A DNA stretch of 59,529 nucleotides, filler included. It is 6 parts of 6 records of this genome, joined end to end, with 100 filler letters (N's around TTAATTAATTAA, not from the genome) between each part and the next. Parts side by side here need not be neighbours in the genome. Positions count along the whole stretch, not along the records: positions 20,883 to 29,316 come from SRR31156797_53621; positions 29,417 to 39,413 come from SRR31156797_53674; 4 more parts are not named here. One strand, written 5' to 3'. This document shows positions 20,883 through 32,465 of this stretch, piece after piece (within the stretch, counting starts at the first letter, position 1; every line of letters begins with the position of its first letter). The translations under genes and the position numbers were made by a program. The notes beneath the pieces are model-generated. The model was not told the DNA's origin. It ran no database searches and worked only from the letters and a program-made list of their open reading frames with translations.

Positions 20883-23800
20883 GTTATTTGCCTTGTACCA
20901 GAAGTCTACTTGCGCGTTCATACTTCGTCGCTCCAAGGCCGTCAGGTGGTCGCCATAGCAGCAAACATGAAGCGTCACCTGATATTTCACCTTGCCAGCG
21001 ATGTTTACCTTCTGGACCAGATGGGGCCGATAGCCAAGGCGGGAAGGTCTGCGGCTTATAAAAGGCCAATCTTTACTATTAAACACCGTAGATGTCTGTT
21101 CCTTTTCAACGTCATCGGTCAGATAGCGGTGGGCCAGTTGTGCGGCGTACTTGTGATGGTAAGGCAGATTGTCGGCGATCACGGCCTCTTCGAAACGTAG
21201 CAGGGTCGGTCGATTAAGGGGCTCCGGAACCAGCGGTTTCACTCGCAGAGCCGGCTCGCCCAAAAAGATAAAGACCTCGTCGTTCTTGTCCCAGTCTTCG
21301 GGCGCGGCCTGGTCGAGAACGATTGATTGCTCGGATGCAGTCGCGGATTGTATAAATCGCACCCATTGCTCGTTTCCCTTTATCAGAAGAACCAGACGCC
21401 CCAAAAGGGAGTGATCCTCCATGGATATCGGCTGCGAGCTTCTTTTTACGCGGAATTGTTTCTTGTCGTCCAACCAGTGCGGTTGAATAACCGCGTGCAA
21501 CACTGGAAAGAAATCATGCTTCGAATCCGGCAGAAACCACAGCTCATTTGCTTTCCACCCGTTTTGGGCCTCCTCGTCGGATATGCTGATTTTAAGCGTT
21601 ACTTTGCTAAGGTCTTCTGGGGCTGGATTAGAAACCTCTATGGGTTTGCCCGCCAGGAAATGCTTCATCGAATTTTCATCCTCGCAGGCAACCACCGCTA
21701 GGATATCATCCTTTTTATTGAGATCGTCCCATTTACTTTTTTCTACATTGATTTCAACGGCTCCGTTTGTAGGAATGTCTTCTGGAGGGTTGATGCCTGC
21801 AATCCAATATGATGTTAAGCCGTTACCATTTTCTGCCGTAAACTTATCCTGAGCGACGAATTTGTGGTAAAAGGCCAGGTCCGTTCCCGCAAAACCGGTT
21901 CTTCGACGCGACAAGGCGCTGAGTGCGGAACGTTGTCCGGAACGCGGAAGTCTCATCAAAAAGCCCGGGTGTAACGGATGGGGGGCGGGGATGCATTTAA
22001 CGGGCTGCCTGGCGTCCGACGCCGAAGATAGTGGGTTGAAAACTATGTGATGGCGGCACTGCTTGCCTTTGTCGTTTTCCAGGTTACGGATGAAATCCGG
22101 CATCGGCGTTCGATTACGGTGAGGTTCGCGGCCCATGATCCAACGCACCAGCGGTTCGTATCGCGAGATGCGCCGCGCGCCGACCACAAACTCCTGTCCG
22201 GCTTCGTGGGCTAGCGGCCAGAAGCCGTAGGCAGTATCATTGCGAATCGGCCGCTTTTTGAATAGACCGTTTCGCTCTTCCAGAAACAGTTGTAAAGGGA
22301 TTTGATCTTTTTTGGCTTTTTCGGAGGCCCTCAAAGCTGTCCGCATAAAATTGGCGAGTACTTTGCCCTGTTTTTCCAGTTCCGTGTCGTCAACCTTTAT
22401 GCCGCGCACCTCCAGCCATATCTTCAGAAGTTCGCTGCGTTTTAAGCTGTTACCAATGTCGTCTGTACCAATGTCGTCTTTATCGGGCTTGGTTGCGAGC
22501 AATGGAATCAGCGGTCCCGGCAGCACCAGAAGCTTCAGAAATGACGGGCCGATGGAGGTCGCGGGCGATAGATCGCCGTCCGGTTCTCGGATGCGTACCA
22601 GCAACACCCGGTGGTCCGTTTTATTCCCGGCGGTCAACAGCGCCGGCCAGGGTTGGGCCAGTACCAACTCCGCCAACTGCTCCTGGGCCGCCAGGCGACC
22701 CAACTCGTCGCTGGCGGCAATGTCCAGCGCAAAGCCCATGTATTCCAACAGGTTGAATAATCCGACCGCATAACTCCGGGCAAAAACAGATTTGTCTGAA
22801 TCGGCATTTACCAAGGAGTCGCTCCTGGGCGGCGTGACCAATTCGCCGTTCAGGCGACTCAATGTCGGCTGCCCGTCGCTGAAAATTCCATCCGGAAGCA
22901 ATTCAACGAGGTTTTTGTCCTTATCCTCAGGGTTCAACTGGCTGCGCCCACGCCGGATCAACCGCAACCCCCTGGCCTCCAGGTCTTGCTTCAGAGCATT
23001 GACGACTCGCGTCAATCCGGCGGACTGGGGGACGCTGCGGGCTATCCGCTCGCTTATGATTTCCGTCTCCTCTGTTAACAGCCCTTCTACCTCCTCGTTC
23101 AAGCCTTCCTTTTTGCTATAATCTTCTATCAGGACGCTAAGCCTTCTAGCGGCTAAGCGTGCGTTGTTGATAAAGATGGTGTCTAATTGATGAGCGTTAT
23201 CTTCTGGTTTGGTGTGTAAATAACCTGACAACTCTTTGACCAAGTCTGTTAATTCCGATGAAGGGGTCTTCTCTTCATCTTCAGGCCAAAATTTACCCAC
23301 CGCCTTTTTAAAATCGTCAAAATCAATCAGTTCCTTGTAACTTTTCATGATTCCATCATTACTGATCAGGCCACTTAACTCAGAAGAGTCGATCTTCTGA
23401 GGCAGCTCAGCCCCCAGCAAAATGTAAGTTGCGAGCAGCCGCATCTGGCGGATCTGCTTCAATGCGTCCTCAGCGTTTTTTGTCAGGCGCCGGGAGATGG
23501 GTGAGCGGTAGTGTCGCTCCACGGCGTCGAACCAGCTCTGCATTGCCGACACGAGATCCGCAGTCGGCGTTTCACCGTCCTGATTGGAAATGAACAGTTC
23601 ATTGGCAAGATCGAACCTGTGAAGCAAGGCCCCGCTGACGCTGCGCAAAGCTTCCTGTGTACGTATATTCGCCTGCATTTGTTTGTATTCGTCCGGATCG
23701 TCGCGAACTTCTGCGGTGCGCACGTCCAGTGCGCGGATACGCCGGATCAGGTCCATCAGGTCATCAAGCCTGTCATCCAGGACATCAACTTCAGGAGGCA

Positions 23801-26800
23801 TCGGGCCGGCTGAGGCTTGGGCGTCCGAACTGCCAACAAACAGGCCTAATGTATCTTGCACGGTTTTGCGGCTGAAAACAAAGTCCGCTGCTACGGGGTT
23901 TTGGTCCGCCGCGTAGACGTAGTAAGGCAGGATAGCTTTTTTATCAAGATTTATCGGTGTATCCTTCCACGGTATCTCGGATAATTCCTTGCGCGGGGGA
24001 ATAACCCAAAGTTCGTTGTTGTACAGATCCCGTACCAGACCTCGGTACTCCTCTTCGGGCAGCAACTCGCTGGTGGTACGATAGATCGCCCGATGTTCGT
24101 CCGCATCCTGAACAACCAGTTCGAAACCGCCGTCGATGCCGTCCGTCGGGCCGCCTTCATGCCATTCGAATGCAATGCCGCGCTTTTTTCCGACACTCGA
24201 TTTACGCGCGCCGAAGTCTGTTTTTTGCAACCAGTCGGTTGGGTCGGTCTTGTCGCCTTCCCGAAGCGTTCGGTTCCAATCATCCACCGGGATTCGTTCC
24301 AATGCGGGCAGCGTTCTACCCGGCGGCAGGCGCGTGCCGGGATCCGGCAGAGCTTTTCTAACCAGATGCACCGGCAGTGGAGCCAGGGCCGCGTCTTCGT
24401 TTTGATCCTTCGGGTCGCGCCGACGAACCAGGCGTGCATAGAGTCGATTACGCCAACCTGCTTCGAACAAACCGTCTTTGTCCGAACCCAATTTCGACGA
24501 ACTGTTGAGTGCAATGCGCCCAATCAACGTTTTATACCGGGTCGTCGGCGCGACCGGAAACTCCATATGCAATACGTCTTCGGCCCTTTGGACGTTGTCT
24601 TCAGAGGGGTCGCCGTTCTCGCTTTCCATCCCATAATATCCCGATGCAGTGACCGGCTCCCGCTCAGCGTAGATTTCGAGCTCCAGGTCCGACATAAACG
24701 CCGGGTCTGTCCGAGGTGCGGATTGTCCCGGATTCTCCTCATCCAGGGCCATCGGAAGAGGCTGGACCCTAAGGGGTGGGTTATTGTCTTTTTTCAGCAG
24801 CAACCCGTCGGCCTGAACCACCAACGCCATGTCGGGCAGCGGCAGAGACGGCGGCGGGATGTGCAGTTTGATCGGGGTTTTCCAATACATGGCCCCACGG
24901 ATGTCGCCGAAGCCTTCTTTATCGTCGTAACGCACCGCCGCAACCCAATAGCGAAGCCGACTGCGGGCGACGTCAAAAGGGATTTGTCGGCCGGGTATAA
25001 GGCCCCCGGCGCCGCCCGGCGCCGCCTCGGCCACGCACAATAGCGGGGGTCCTTCCGGCTGGTGTTGGACAATCAGCTGATCGGTCATCATCAGGCCGTT
25101 GAACATCAGATAGTTGCGTCCGTTGTTCTCCGCATGATCGAAGCAGAGCTGGACATTGTCCGCCGCCAGTTGGGACTCAGCTGCGCCGCCCATTTTATCC
25201 GTCGCATTTGGCGCCTCACCGGCAGTCACAACGGCGCGATAGACTCGGAAATGACTGATGCCGGGAAGGTGCTCGGTGACGAATCCCTGGGTCAATCGAA
25301 CCGGCAGATGGATCCGCAGCACCTGGCTCGCCGGTGCATCTTCCGGCGCCCCCTTGGTTTCCAACGGTATCAGGTGTTGACGTGGATCCAGGTCAAACAT
25401 GACGTTTCGCAGTTGGAAGGGTTTGAATTCGCGCACGCGAACCAGACTCTGGGCCTGCTCCACGCCGTCCGCGGTTTTGATGCTGCGTCGAAACACCTGG
25501 AGTGGATTCGGTTTTTCAAAATCGAGGCGCCAGTTGGTCCCTTCGGTCTCGAAAAACAGGCCAAGCCGCCGGTCCGTCTCCGCATTTTTGTCTTCAAAGC
25601 GGACAAAGATCCGGAAATCATTTAAATCTTGGTATTCCTGCGAGAGTGGAGTGTCCGTGTCCGCACCCGTAATTTTAATCTTCAATGAAATTTCGATCTG
25701 GTCGTCATGTTTGAATTCACCCGGCGTATTTTGATTGTCCCTGAAATCCGATGCCTTCAGTTCATGATTCCATCCAGGATTGGCTTCCGCCAGGGTCTTC
25801 TCATCGCTGGGAAGGTTGATCGGAGCCAAATCTTCAGGTTCGAAGTTGAACTCCATATCCTTACCGTTTTCCTTACGCTTTAGAACTGCCTTGAGCTCAA
25901 GCTCGACCTGGTCGTCTTTTACGGCGGCGCCTAACAGTTCATCGAGATCGGTGCAATTCTGGAGCACAAGCACATGCAACTGGAATAATTTTGTGTTTTC
26001 GCCACCTTCTTTGGCATTGACGACCACCGGCATCCGTCGTCTGCGGGGAAGTGAAATGATATTCGTCCCCTCTAATTCCCCGCTGAGCGTGATGCCGGGA
26101 TTTTCACCGAACAGGGGCGTTTCTCCGACGGCTTCCAGATCCTGCATCATCATGGCGACGATATCCGCGCGGGCGTCTGCAAGACGCTCTGTCTGTTCCG
26201 GATTGACTGCCAGTTTGCGCTGCTGGCGCAACGCTATCCGCCTCAAGCGATCGAATGCCCGCAGGCGTTCGTTCAGTTCCGGGTCGGCGCCTGCCGTATC
26301 ACGCAGTATTTCCTCGGGTGGGCGCCAATCCGCTGATTTGACCGGCAGGTTCCGGGCCTGAGGTCGAAGCAGGATCGGGTTATCTGATTCCCAGCGCGGG
26401 TCGCTCACCAGCTCCGCCGGCGCCGCCCGGCGCAGGGTGTTATGGTCGTCAGCGTCGCTAGCGGCGGCGCCTTCCAGCATCAGCGTCTCGATGCGGGAAA
26501 GCCTTCGGGCGGCCTCCGTGAGGTCATCGGTCGAGGCGTCCGGGGACAAGGCGTCCAGGTTGTACCTGTCCCAGGGCATCATCAGCTCGATGCGCCGCAA
26601 GGTCGGACAGGGCTCGTGTTCAGGGCTATGACAGGGTTTTTCAATGTCCCGTAAGTGCACCATCATTCGGGTTACGGCTCCGCGCAGGATGGAGGCGTCT
26701 TTGAATTCTTCATCACCTTTTTGGATGATTTCGTCCGAATCTTCATTATTTTCATTGATTACCGGCCAGGAACGGGGCAGATTTACATAGTGGTCGAGAT

Positions 26801-29316
26801 TGCCGTGTTTAGGCGCCAGCCATCGGGAGCCGGGCGCAGGGATTAATAAATGCACTGTCCGATTGCCTCGCTCGCGTCGAATGTAGATCCAGTCCTCCGG
26901 AGCAGCCTCGGGCGAGGAAAGCAACATTGAATCGTCGGACAGCGGCGAATCACTGAGGGAGCCCACAGCGGGGGCGGCAAACGGAATGTCGATACGCGGC
27001 CGCGCCGCGATTCCGCGCAGCTGATTGATGCGCTGCTCGATACCGGCGGTGCGTTTCCGGACCCGATTGACTACATGGGGCTGATATTCCATTTCTGCAC
27101 TGAGTCGGCGGTGGAATCCGCATACATTGACGACCACGGAAATGGAGCCCGAAAATCCGATGGCGCCGCTTTCATCGAACCCGACGTTGCCGCGGATGGA
27201 AACGTTGAGACACTGTTCCGGTGCGTATTTTCGCTCCATTACCGGCTTCGGGATTTGAATAGTGCGTTCGAGCACTTTGCGCTCCGAAAGGGTGATGCGT
27301 TTTTTGCGCCAGCGCAATCGCCAGCCCTTGCGTTTGAGAACGCGAATCGTGATAATGATGGGCGGGATGACCACTCTGATCGTCTTTGAGACGAAAGTCA
27401 CGCCGGGCAGGACCAGATATCCTTTCACCCGAAGATCGAGTTCGGAGACGATCAACGCATAGGATGCGACGCCCCGCGCCGAAACCAGGCCCGCGAATTC
27501 TCCAGCCAGGATCAGTAATCCGCGCACCTGGAAGCCGCTGGCGACAAGGTCGAAGTTTTTCTTAAAATCTCCCCTGAAACTCAGGCTGCAACGGTTGAGG
27601 ATGCCGAAGCGACCGGCGGCCAGACGGTATTGCCCTTCTACGCTGACATTGACGCCCAAAAGATTGTCGCGGTAAGAGACCTCTTCCAGGTAAAAGTCCG
27701 CGAGGCTGTCGGACAAATAGACGGACATCCTCACCCGTCCCCGATCGAACAGTTTGGAAAATTGTCCCCCTTTTTCCATAGCCGGGTTGGGGCGGCTTTC
27801 GGCCGTGAGGGCGAAAGTTTGCCTGCGCAGATTGAGCACCGCTGCACTAACCGCGAGGGGACGATTTTTGTTGGCCGGTGAGTTGACGAAAGATTGCTTG
27901 GAGAACAACCAAAGTTTGCCCGCAGCGGTTATCGCAAGGCTGGAATCGAAGGTCAGCAGGGTTTCCAGAAGGAATAACTGGGTGTCTTCACCGCGCTGGG
28001 ATCCGAGCATGGCGCGCATCAGCACCATGGCCTGGGTTCCCGGTTCACGCACGAATCTCCAGGCAAACGGATCGGCCACGTTCAAGGTCGGCAGCTCTTT
28101 TAAAATCTCGTCCGGGTCCGGATCGGCGCTGAAGCCTTTTGGACGGTTGTTAACGGCGATGCCGGCGCCTGCGCTCTTGACGATGACGCTCGGAAACAGC
28201 TCCGCTTCTATGTCGTACTCGGCAAACAACATGACGTTGGGCGCAATGCTGCCGTCCGACTTGACGCCCACGCCAAATTTGATTGCGGCGGTAACCTCGG
28301 GGAAAGAAGGCACTTTCACTGCCGCCTTGACGCCGATAAAGCGCTCGACGTCATCTTTGAACCAGCCGATGATCCCCGCGCAATGGATGGCGTCGCCAAT
28401 GGTAATGTCGATTCCCAACCTGGCGGGGATGCGCAGATCTACGTTGATATCCGGTCCTTCTTTAACAATATCCACGGCCAGAGCGCCCGATTCGATCGCT
28501 ACATCAAGCGTACCCGGATTGCGATATTCAAACACCGCCTCGGTCATGGTCAGTTCGATAAGTTTTCTCGTTCCATCAATAACCCAGTGGATCTCCAACT
28601 CCTTGGCTCGGACTGCGAATTGTCCCTCCAATATTTCGAAATCGATGGCATTTCGTTTTGTGCGCTCCGGGGAATCCTTATCCTCCTTGGGTCGAAATTT
28701 AATGTTGCCTTTTTCCGGAACGTTAAGTTCGAGGAGATTGACATCATCGGCCCGCAATGCATCCTTTTTTTTCAGAGAGTCGAGGCCGCCTGGCGCGGCT
28801 GCGGACTTGGCAAGCCAGGCCGTGAAGCTGGCAAAAATTTTGATATCCCATTTGTTGCTCACCCAGGTCAGATCGGCCCGGAGCTCGTGAATTTTTGCCT
28901 GAAGTACGTCTAACTTCAGGTCCGCGATCCCTTCCGGGTTGGCGAGCTCGATGCTGGTCTCGATGCGCGGCGGCTTTTTTTCGTCGTCCTGGCGCACTGC
29001 CACGGAAACATTGGCGGTGTAATTCTTGAAGCCCGGGACCTGCATGGAGCCGCTGAGTTCGCCGTATGGGATGACGTTGTTGACCACCACGAACCTGCCC
29101 GCGCCTTCACCGCGATCGACCAGATCGATTGTGATGTTATCCGTGGATTCTTCGCCTGCGGTTAGGATTGGTATCTTTGTTTTGCTGCTGCCGGGTATGG
29201 CTCGCCCGGCCAGGCTCAGTCCCTTGGGGCCAATCCGTAGATGGACCGTGCGGCTCGGGTCCGGATTCTCTGCGGACCAGTCCTCGGGATCGAAAGCCTC
29301 CATCTCCAATTTAAAC
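20883..29316 (-). CDS. Giant uncharacterised protein, more than 2,800 aa, truncated at both ends
   Basis: One stop-free frame spans the whole contig. It continues upstream of the ORF-track TTG (..TTT AAA TTG) to the edge. Beta-rich N-terminal part. Confidence 0.85.
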
Positions 29317-29416
29317 NNNNNNNNNNNNNNNNNNNNNNNNNNNNNNNNNNNNNNNNNNNNTTAATTAATTAANNNNNNNNNNNNNNNNNNNNNNNNNNNN
29401 NNNNNNNNNNNNNNNN
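29317..29416. other. Artificial contig linker
   Basis: N44-TTAATTAATTAA-N44. Confidence 0.98.
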
Positions 29417-30031
29417 CACTTCGCGGGCAAAGCCCATTTCGTGGGTGACAACGACCATGGTCATGCCTTCTTTAGCCAAGGCTTTCATGACGTCGAGAAC
29501 CTCGCCGACCATTTCAGGGTCCAGTGCTGAGGTTGGCTCATCAAAGAGCATGACCTTGGGGTCCATTGCTAGAGCACGGGCTATAGCGACGCGCTGCATT
29601 TGGCCGCCGGAGAGTTGGGCCGGGTAGTTGTCTGCCTTGGCATGAATGCCTACTTTGTTAAGTAAGGTCATGGCATTTTCCGCAGATTCTTTTTTACCAC
29701 GTTTACGAACAGATGTTTGGCCTACAGTGACGTTTTCAAGCACGGTCAGATGCGGGAAGAGGTTGAAAGACTGGAAGACCATGCCTACTTCCATGCGTAC
29801 CTTGTTGATGTTGGTCTTGGGATCGAGGACGTCAACGCCATCAATCATTATATGGCCGGAGTTGGCATGTTCCAAACGATTGAGGCATCGAAGGAACGTG
29901 GATTTACCTGACCCTGACGGGCCGATGACAACAACCACTTCGCCCGGATTGATGTGGTAGGACACGTCATGCAAAGCTTGAATTTCATGCGGGACAAAAA
30001 AAGTCTTGTATACGTTTTTGACGTCTATCAT
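29417..30031 (-). CDS. Polar amino-acid ABC transporter ATP-binding protein (GlnQ-like), 3' truncated
   Basis: Start MIDVKNVYK after a [57 protein letters not shown]. Confidence 0.95.
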
Positions 30032-30035
30032 GTTT

Positions 30036-31046
30036 TTAAACCTCCGCTGTCCTTTTTTCAAGATATTGAACAAACATGGACAGAGTGAATGTGATCACGA
30101 GGTACATGATGCCGCACAGAAACCAGAGTTCGTAGGGCATGAGACTGGTGGTGACCGCCTCACGTGTTGCTTTGGTCAGCTCGCGTATTGCGATGACGCC
30201 GAGCAGAGATGAGTCTTTGATCAGACTGATGAACTGACCAGCCAATGGAGGCAGTATGCGTTTGAAGGCTTGGGGCAGGATGATCTTGCGCATAGCAGTC
30301 GCCTTGGTCATTCCGAGAGATCGGGCTGCTTCCATTTGTCCTTTATGGATGGATTGGATCCCTGCACGAACGATTTCGGCTACATAGGCGCCGGCAAAAA
30401 TAGCAAGGGATGCTACTGCAAACCATAGTTCGGGAATTTGGAACAAGTCGGCTTTTGCCAATAGATTGTTGATGATGGTTCCAAGAACAAAGTACCAGAT
30501 CATGATCTGGACAAGCAGGGGAGAACCGCGGATCAATTCAATATATGTAATGGCTCCCCATTTTAGACAGGGGTTACTGGATATTCTGGCAAGGCCGGTG
30601 AACAGGCCGAGAAGAATACCGAGAAAGATGGAAACAAGGCTGACCTCGATGGTCACCAACAGACCATCAAGAAGCAGGCCCATTCTGCCTTCTTCATAGA
30701 CCCCTATGGGATCCCCCATATAAATAGTGTCGCCAACGTCCACGCGAACGTCGGAACCGGGGATGGTGTAATATTCTGATTCGCCTCCGCCTTCGATTAT
30801 GACGACGGAATCATCATCCTTTTGGGTGATGGAGGCGACTTCACCTTCGATTTCGGCTGTTACGTCTATTGTTTCGACGTAGTAAAAATATCTGGGAAGA
30901 CGGTTCCATCTCCAGATGTAATCAGCTTGTTCTGTGGCCCAATAGAAGCCGCCGATGACAACGAAGAGCAGAACAAAGTAGACTGCCTTCCAAAAAGTAT
31001 TTTTGTTGAATCCCTTGGGAGTTCCAACGGTCGCAGTATCTGTCAT
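30036..31046 (-). CDS. Polar amino-acid ABC transporter permease
   Basis: [16 protein letters not shown] loop [30 protein letters not shown]. Start moved to MTDTA because the ORF-track start lies inside a terminator hairpin. Confidence 0.93.
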   Translation of the reverse strand: MTDTATVGTPKGFNKNTFWKAVYFVLLFVVIGGFYWATEQADYIWRWNRLPRYFYYVETIDVTAEIEGEVASITQKDDDSVVIIEGGGESEYYTIPGSDVRVDVGDTIYMGDPIGVYEEGRMGLLLDGLLVTIEVSLVSIFLGILLGLFTGLARISSNPCLKWGAITYIELIRGSPLLVQIMIWYFVLGTIINNLLAKADLFQIPELWFAVASLAIFAGAYVAEIVRAGIQSIHKGQMEAARSLGMTKATAMRKIILPQAFKRILPPLAGQFISLIKDSSLLGVIAIRELTKATREAVTTSLMPYELWFLCGIMYLVITFTLSMFVQYLEKRTAEV

Positions 31047-31073
31047 TGATTTACTCGGTAAGGTAAAGAACGG

Positions 31074-31110
31074 AAAAAAGTCCGGGGACCGTGTGTGCAC
31101 GATCCCCGGA
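31074..31110 (-). terminator. Intrinsic terminator or stabiliser hairpin between the binding-protein and permease genes
   Basis: Minus strand TCCGGGGATCGTG-caca-CACGGTCCCCGGA followed by CTTTTTT. Confidence 0.8.
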
Positions 31111-31124
31111 AGATTCTATGAAGT

Positions 31125-31949
31125 CTACTGAACGTCTTTGAGCCACTTGTTGGAACCGAACCACTTATTGTAGATGCGGTCGTAGCGGCCATCGTTCTTC
31201 ATCTGAACGAGGAAGTTGTTGAGCCAGTTCAGGAAGTCGGGGTCACCTTTGTTGATGGCCCAGCCCAGAGGCTCGTAAGTGAAAGGTTCGTTCAAGAATT
31301 TCATGTCAGCGTCTTTACCACGTTGAGCGTAGAAAATGGAGGTCATAGGCAGGTCGTAAACGGTGGCGGTGGCCTTTCCGTTCAGAGCTTCCAGCATGGC
31401 CTGATCTTCCATTTCAAATGATTTGTACTGCGCCTTGGGAAACATGCGTTTCGCAGCCTGTTCACCAGTCGTGCCGAGTTTGGAAGTGATGGTGTATTTG
31501 GGGTTGTTCAGGTCTTTGTATGTCTTGATTTCGTCAGCCCATTTTTTGTTGATCAGAGCGGTCTGCCCCACAACGATATACGGGTTGGCGAAGTTGACTT
31601 TCAGGTTGCGTTCCTGATTGACGGTCATGCCAGAGGCAATGAGGTCATATTTGTTGGACAGGAGGCCGGGGATAATCCCATCCCAAGCCGTGTTGACGAT
31701 GGTCAATTTGACACCCATGGCTTTGGCCATTTCTTTACACATGTCGATGTCGAAACCGACAACCTGCCCTTTTTTGTCAGTCATTTCGAAGGGCATATAG
31801 CCAGCTTCGGTTCCAATGCGCAGTTCGCCGCTTTGGATGACCTTTTCTAGGGTCGATTTTTTGGCAAGATCGATGTCAGCCGCCTGAGCTGATATGGCGG
31901 CGCACAGAAGCAGAGACAGCGCAGCCAGAATGGTAATGATGCGTTTCAT
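31125..31949 (-). CDS. Polar amino-acid ABC transporter substrate-binding protein (SBP family 3)
   Basis: Signal peptide MKRIITILAALSLLLCAAISAQA after GGAGGAAAGG; GYMPFEM, GFDID, WDGIIPGL, SGMTVNQER. Confidence 0.95.
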   Translation of the reverse strand: MKRIITILAALSLLLCAAISAQAADIDLAKKSTLEKVIQSGELRIGTEAGYMPFEMTDKKGQVVGFDIDMCKEMAKAMGVKLTIVNTAWDGIIPGLLSNKYDLIASGMTVNQERNLKVNFANPYIVVGQTALINKKWADEIKTYKDLNNPKYTITSKLGTTGEQAAKRMFPKAQYKSFEMEDQAMLEALNGKATATVYDLPMTSIFYAQRGKDADMKFLNEPFTYEPLGWAINKGDPDFLNWLNNFLVQMKNDGRYDRIYNKWFGSNKWLKDVQ

Positions 31950-31987
31950 CCTTTCCTCCAGTAAAATTGGGGTTATGGTATGCCCAT

Positions 31988-32142
31988 ACCTTGAAATGTC
32001 GTCCGGGTTAAACGACAAGTCAGAGGCTTTGGAGCCTTTGCCAAGGCTGTTGTCCGGGTTAAAACAACGTGCTGTTGGCTTGGGCCCTATGCCTCGTTCT
32101 GTTGTCCGGGTTAAAACAACATGATGAGGTTTTGGGTCCTTG
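31988..32142 (-). ncRNA. Triple tandem stem-loop motif (51-52 nt units) in the 5' leader of the ABC transporter; candidate cis-regulatory RNA
   Basis: Core GTTGTCCGGGTTAAAACAAC at 32049-32068 and 32101-32120, variant TGTCGTCCGGGTTAAACGACA at 31997-32017. Compensatory stem change, conserved loop, and outer stems that differ in sequence but still pair. Confidence 0.65.
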
Positions 32143-32465
32143 ACACCCGCTCAGTGAACAAAATTGTCTATTGAGCGAAATTATTACTTAGCTTTAATAG
32201 TAAGAAATATCAAGAAAGTTTTCATGTTGTTCAGCTATAGTGCCGTTTTCAACGTCATTCATATAGAAGAGGAAATCAGGGCTTTTATCGGTAGAAGAGT
32301 TTTTCAGGTGTTTATAGTGCAACAAAGGTGAGCGTCCGGCGGATTGTTGACAATAGTGTAATAATGCGTCGTCCTTTAGAAAATAATGATTTTAAGAGGG
32401 TTACCCTTGGTTCTGGGTTATGATAACTATATTGACGTTGAATTAATGCGCGAGGGAGATGCTGC

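Noticed and set aside
22451-22479. 15-nt tandem duplication (DDIGTDDIGN) in the giant gene
   Set aside because: A single in-frame slippage duplication, with no array or variable-repeat system.
22312-28913. Long plus-strand ORFs (e.g. 24093-25043, 27754-28890) as overlapping genes
   Set aside because: They are antisense shadows of the giant GC-rich gene, with Ser/Arg-rich, non-protein-like composition.
31997-32120. Mini CRISPR array (GTTGT...ACAAC repeats with ~31-nt spacers, ends resembling type VI-B repeats)
   Set aside because: The repeats are only about 20 nt, the 'spacers' share a motif and pair across the repeat, there are no cas genes, and the array sits in a transporter leader. A tandem RNA motif explains it better.
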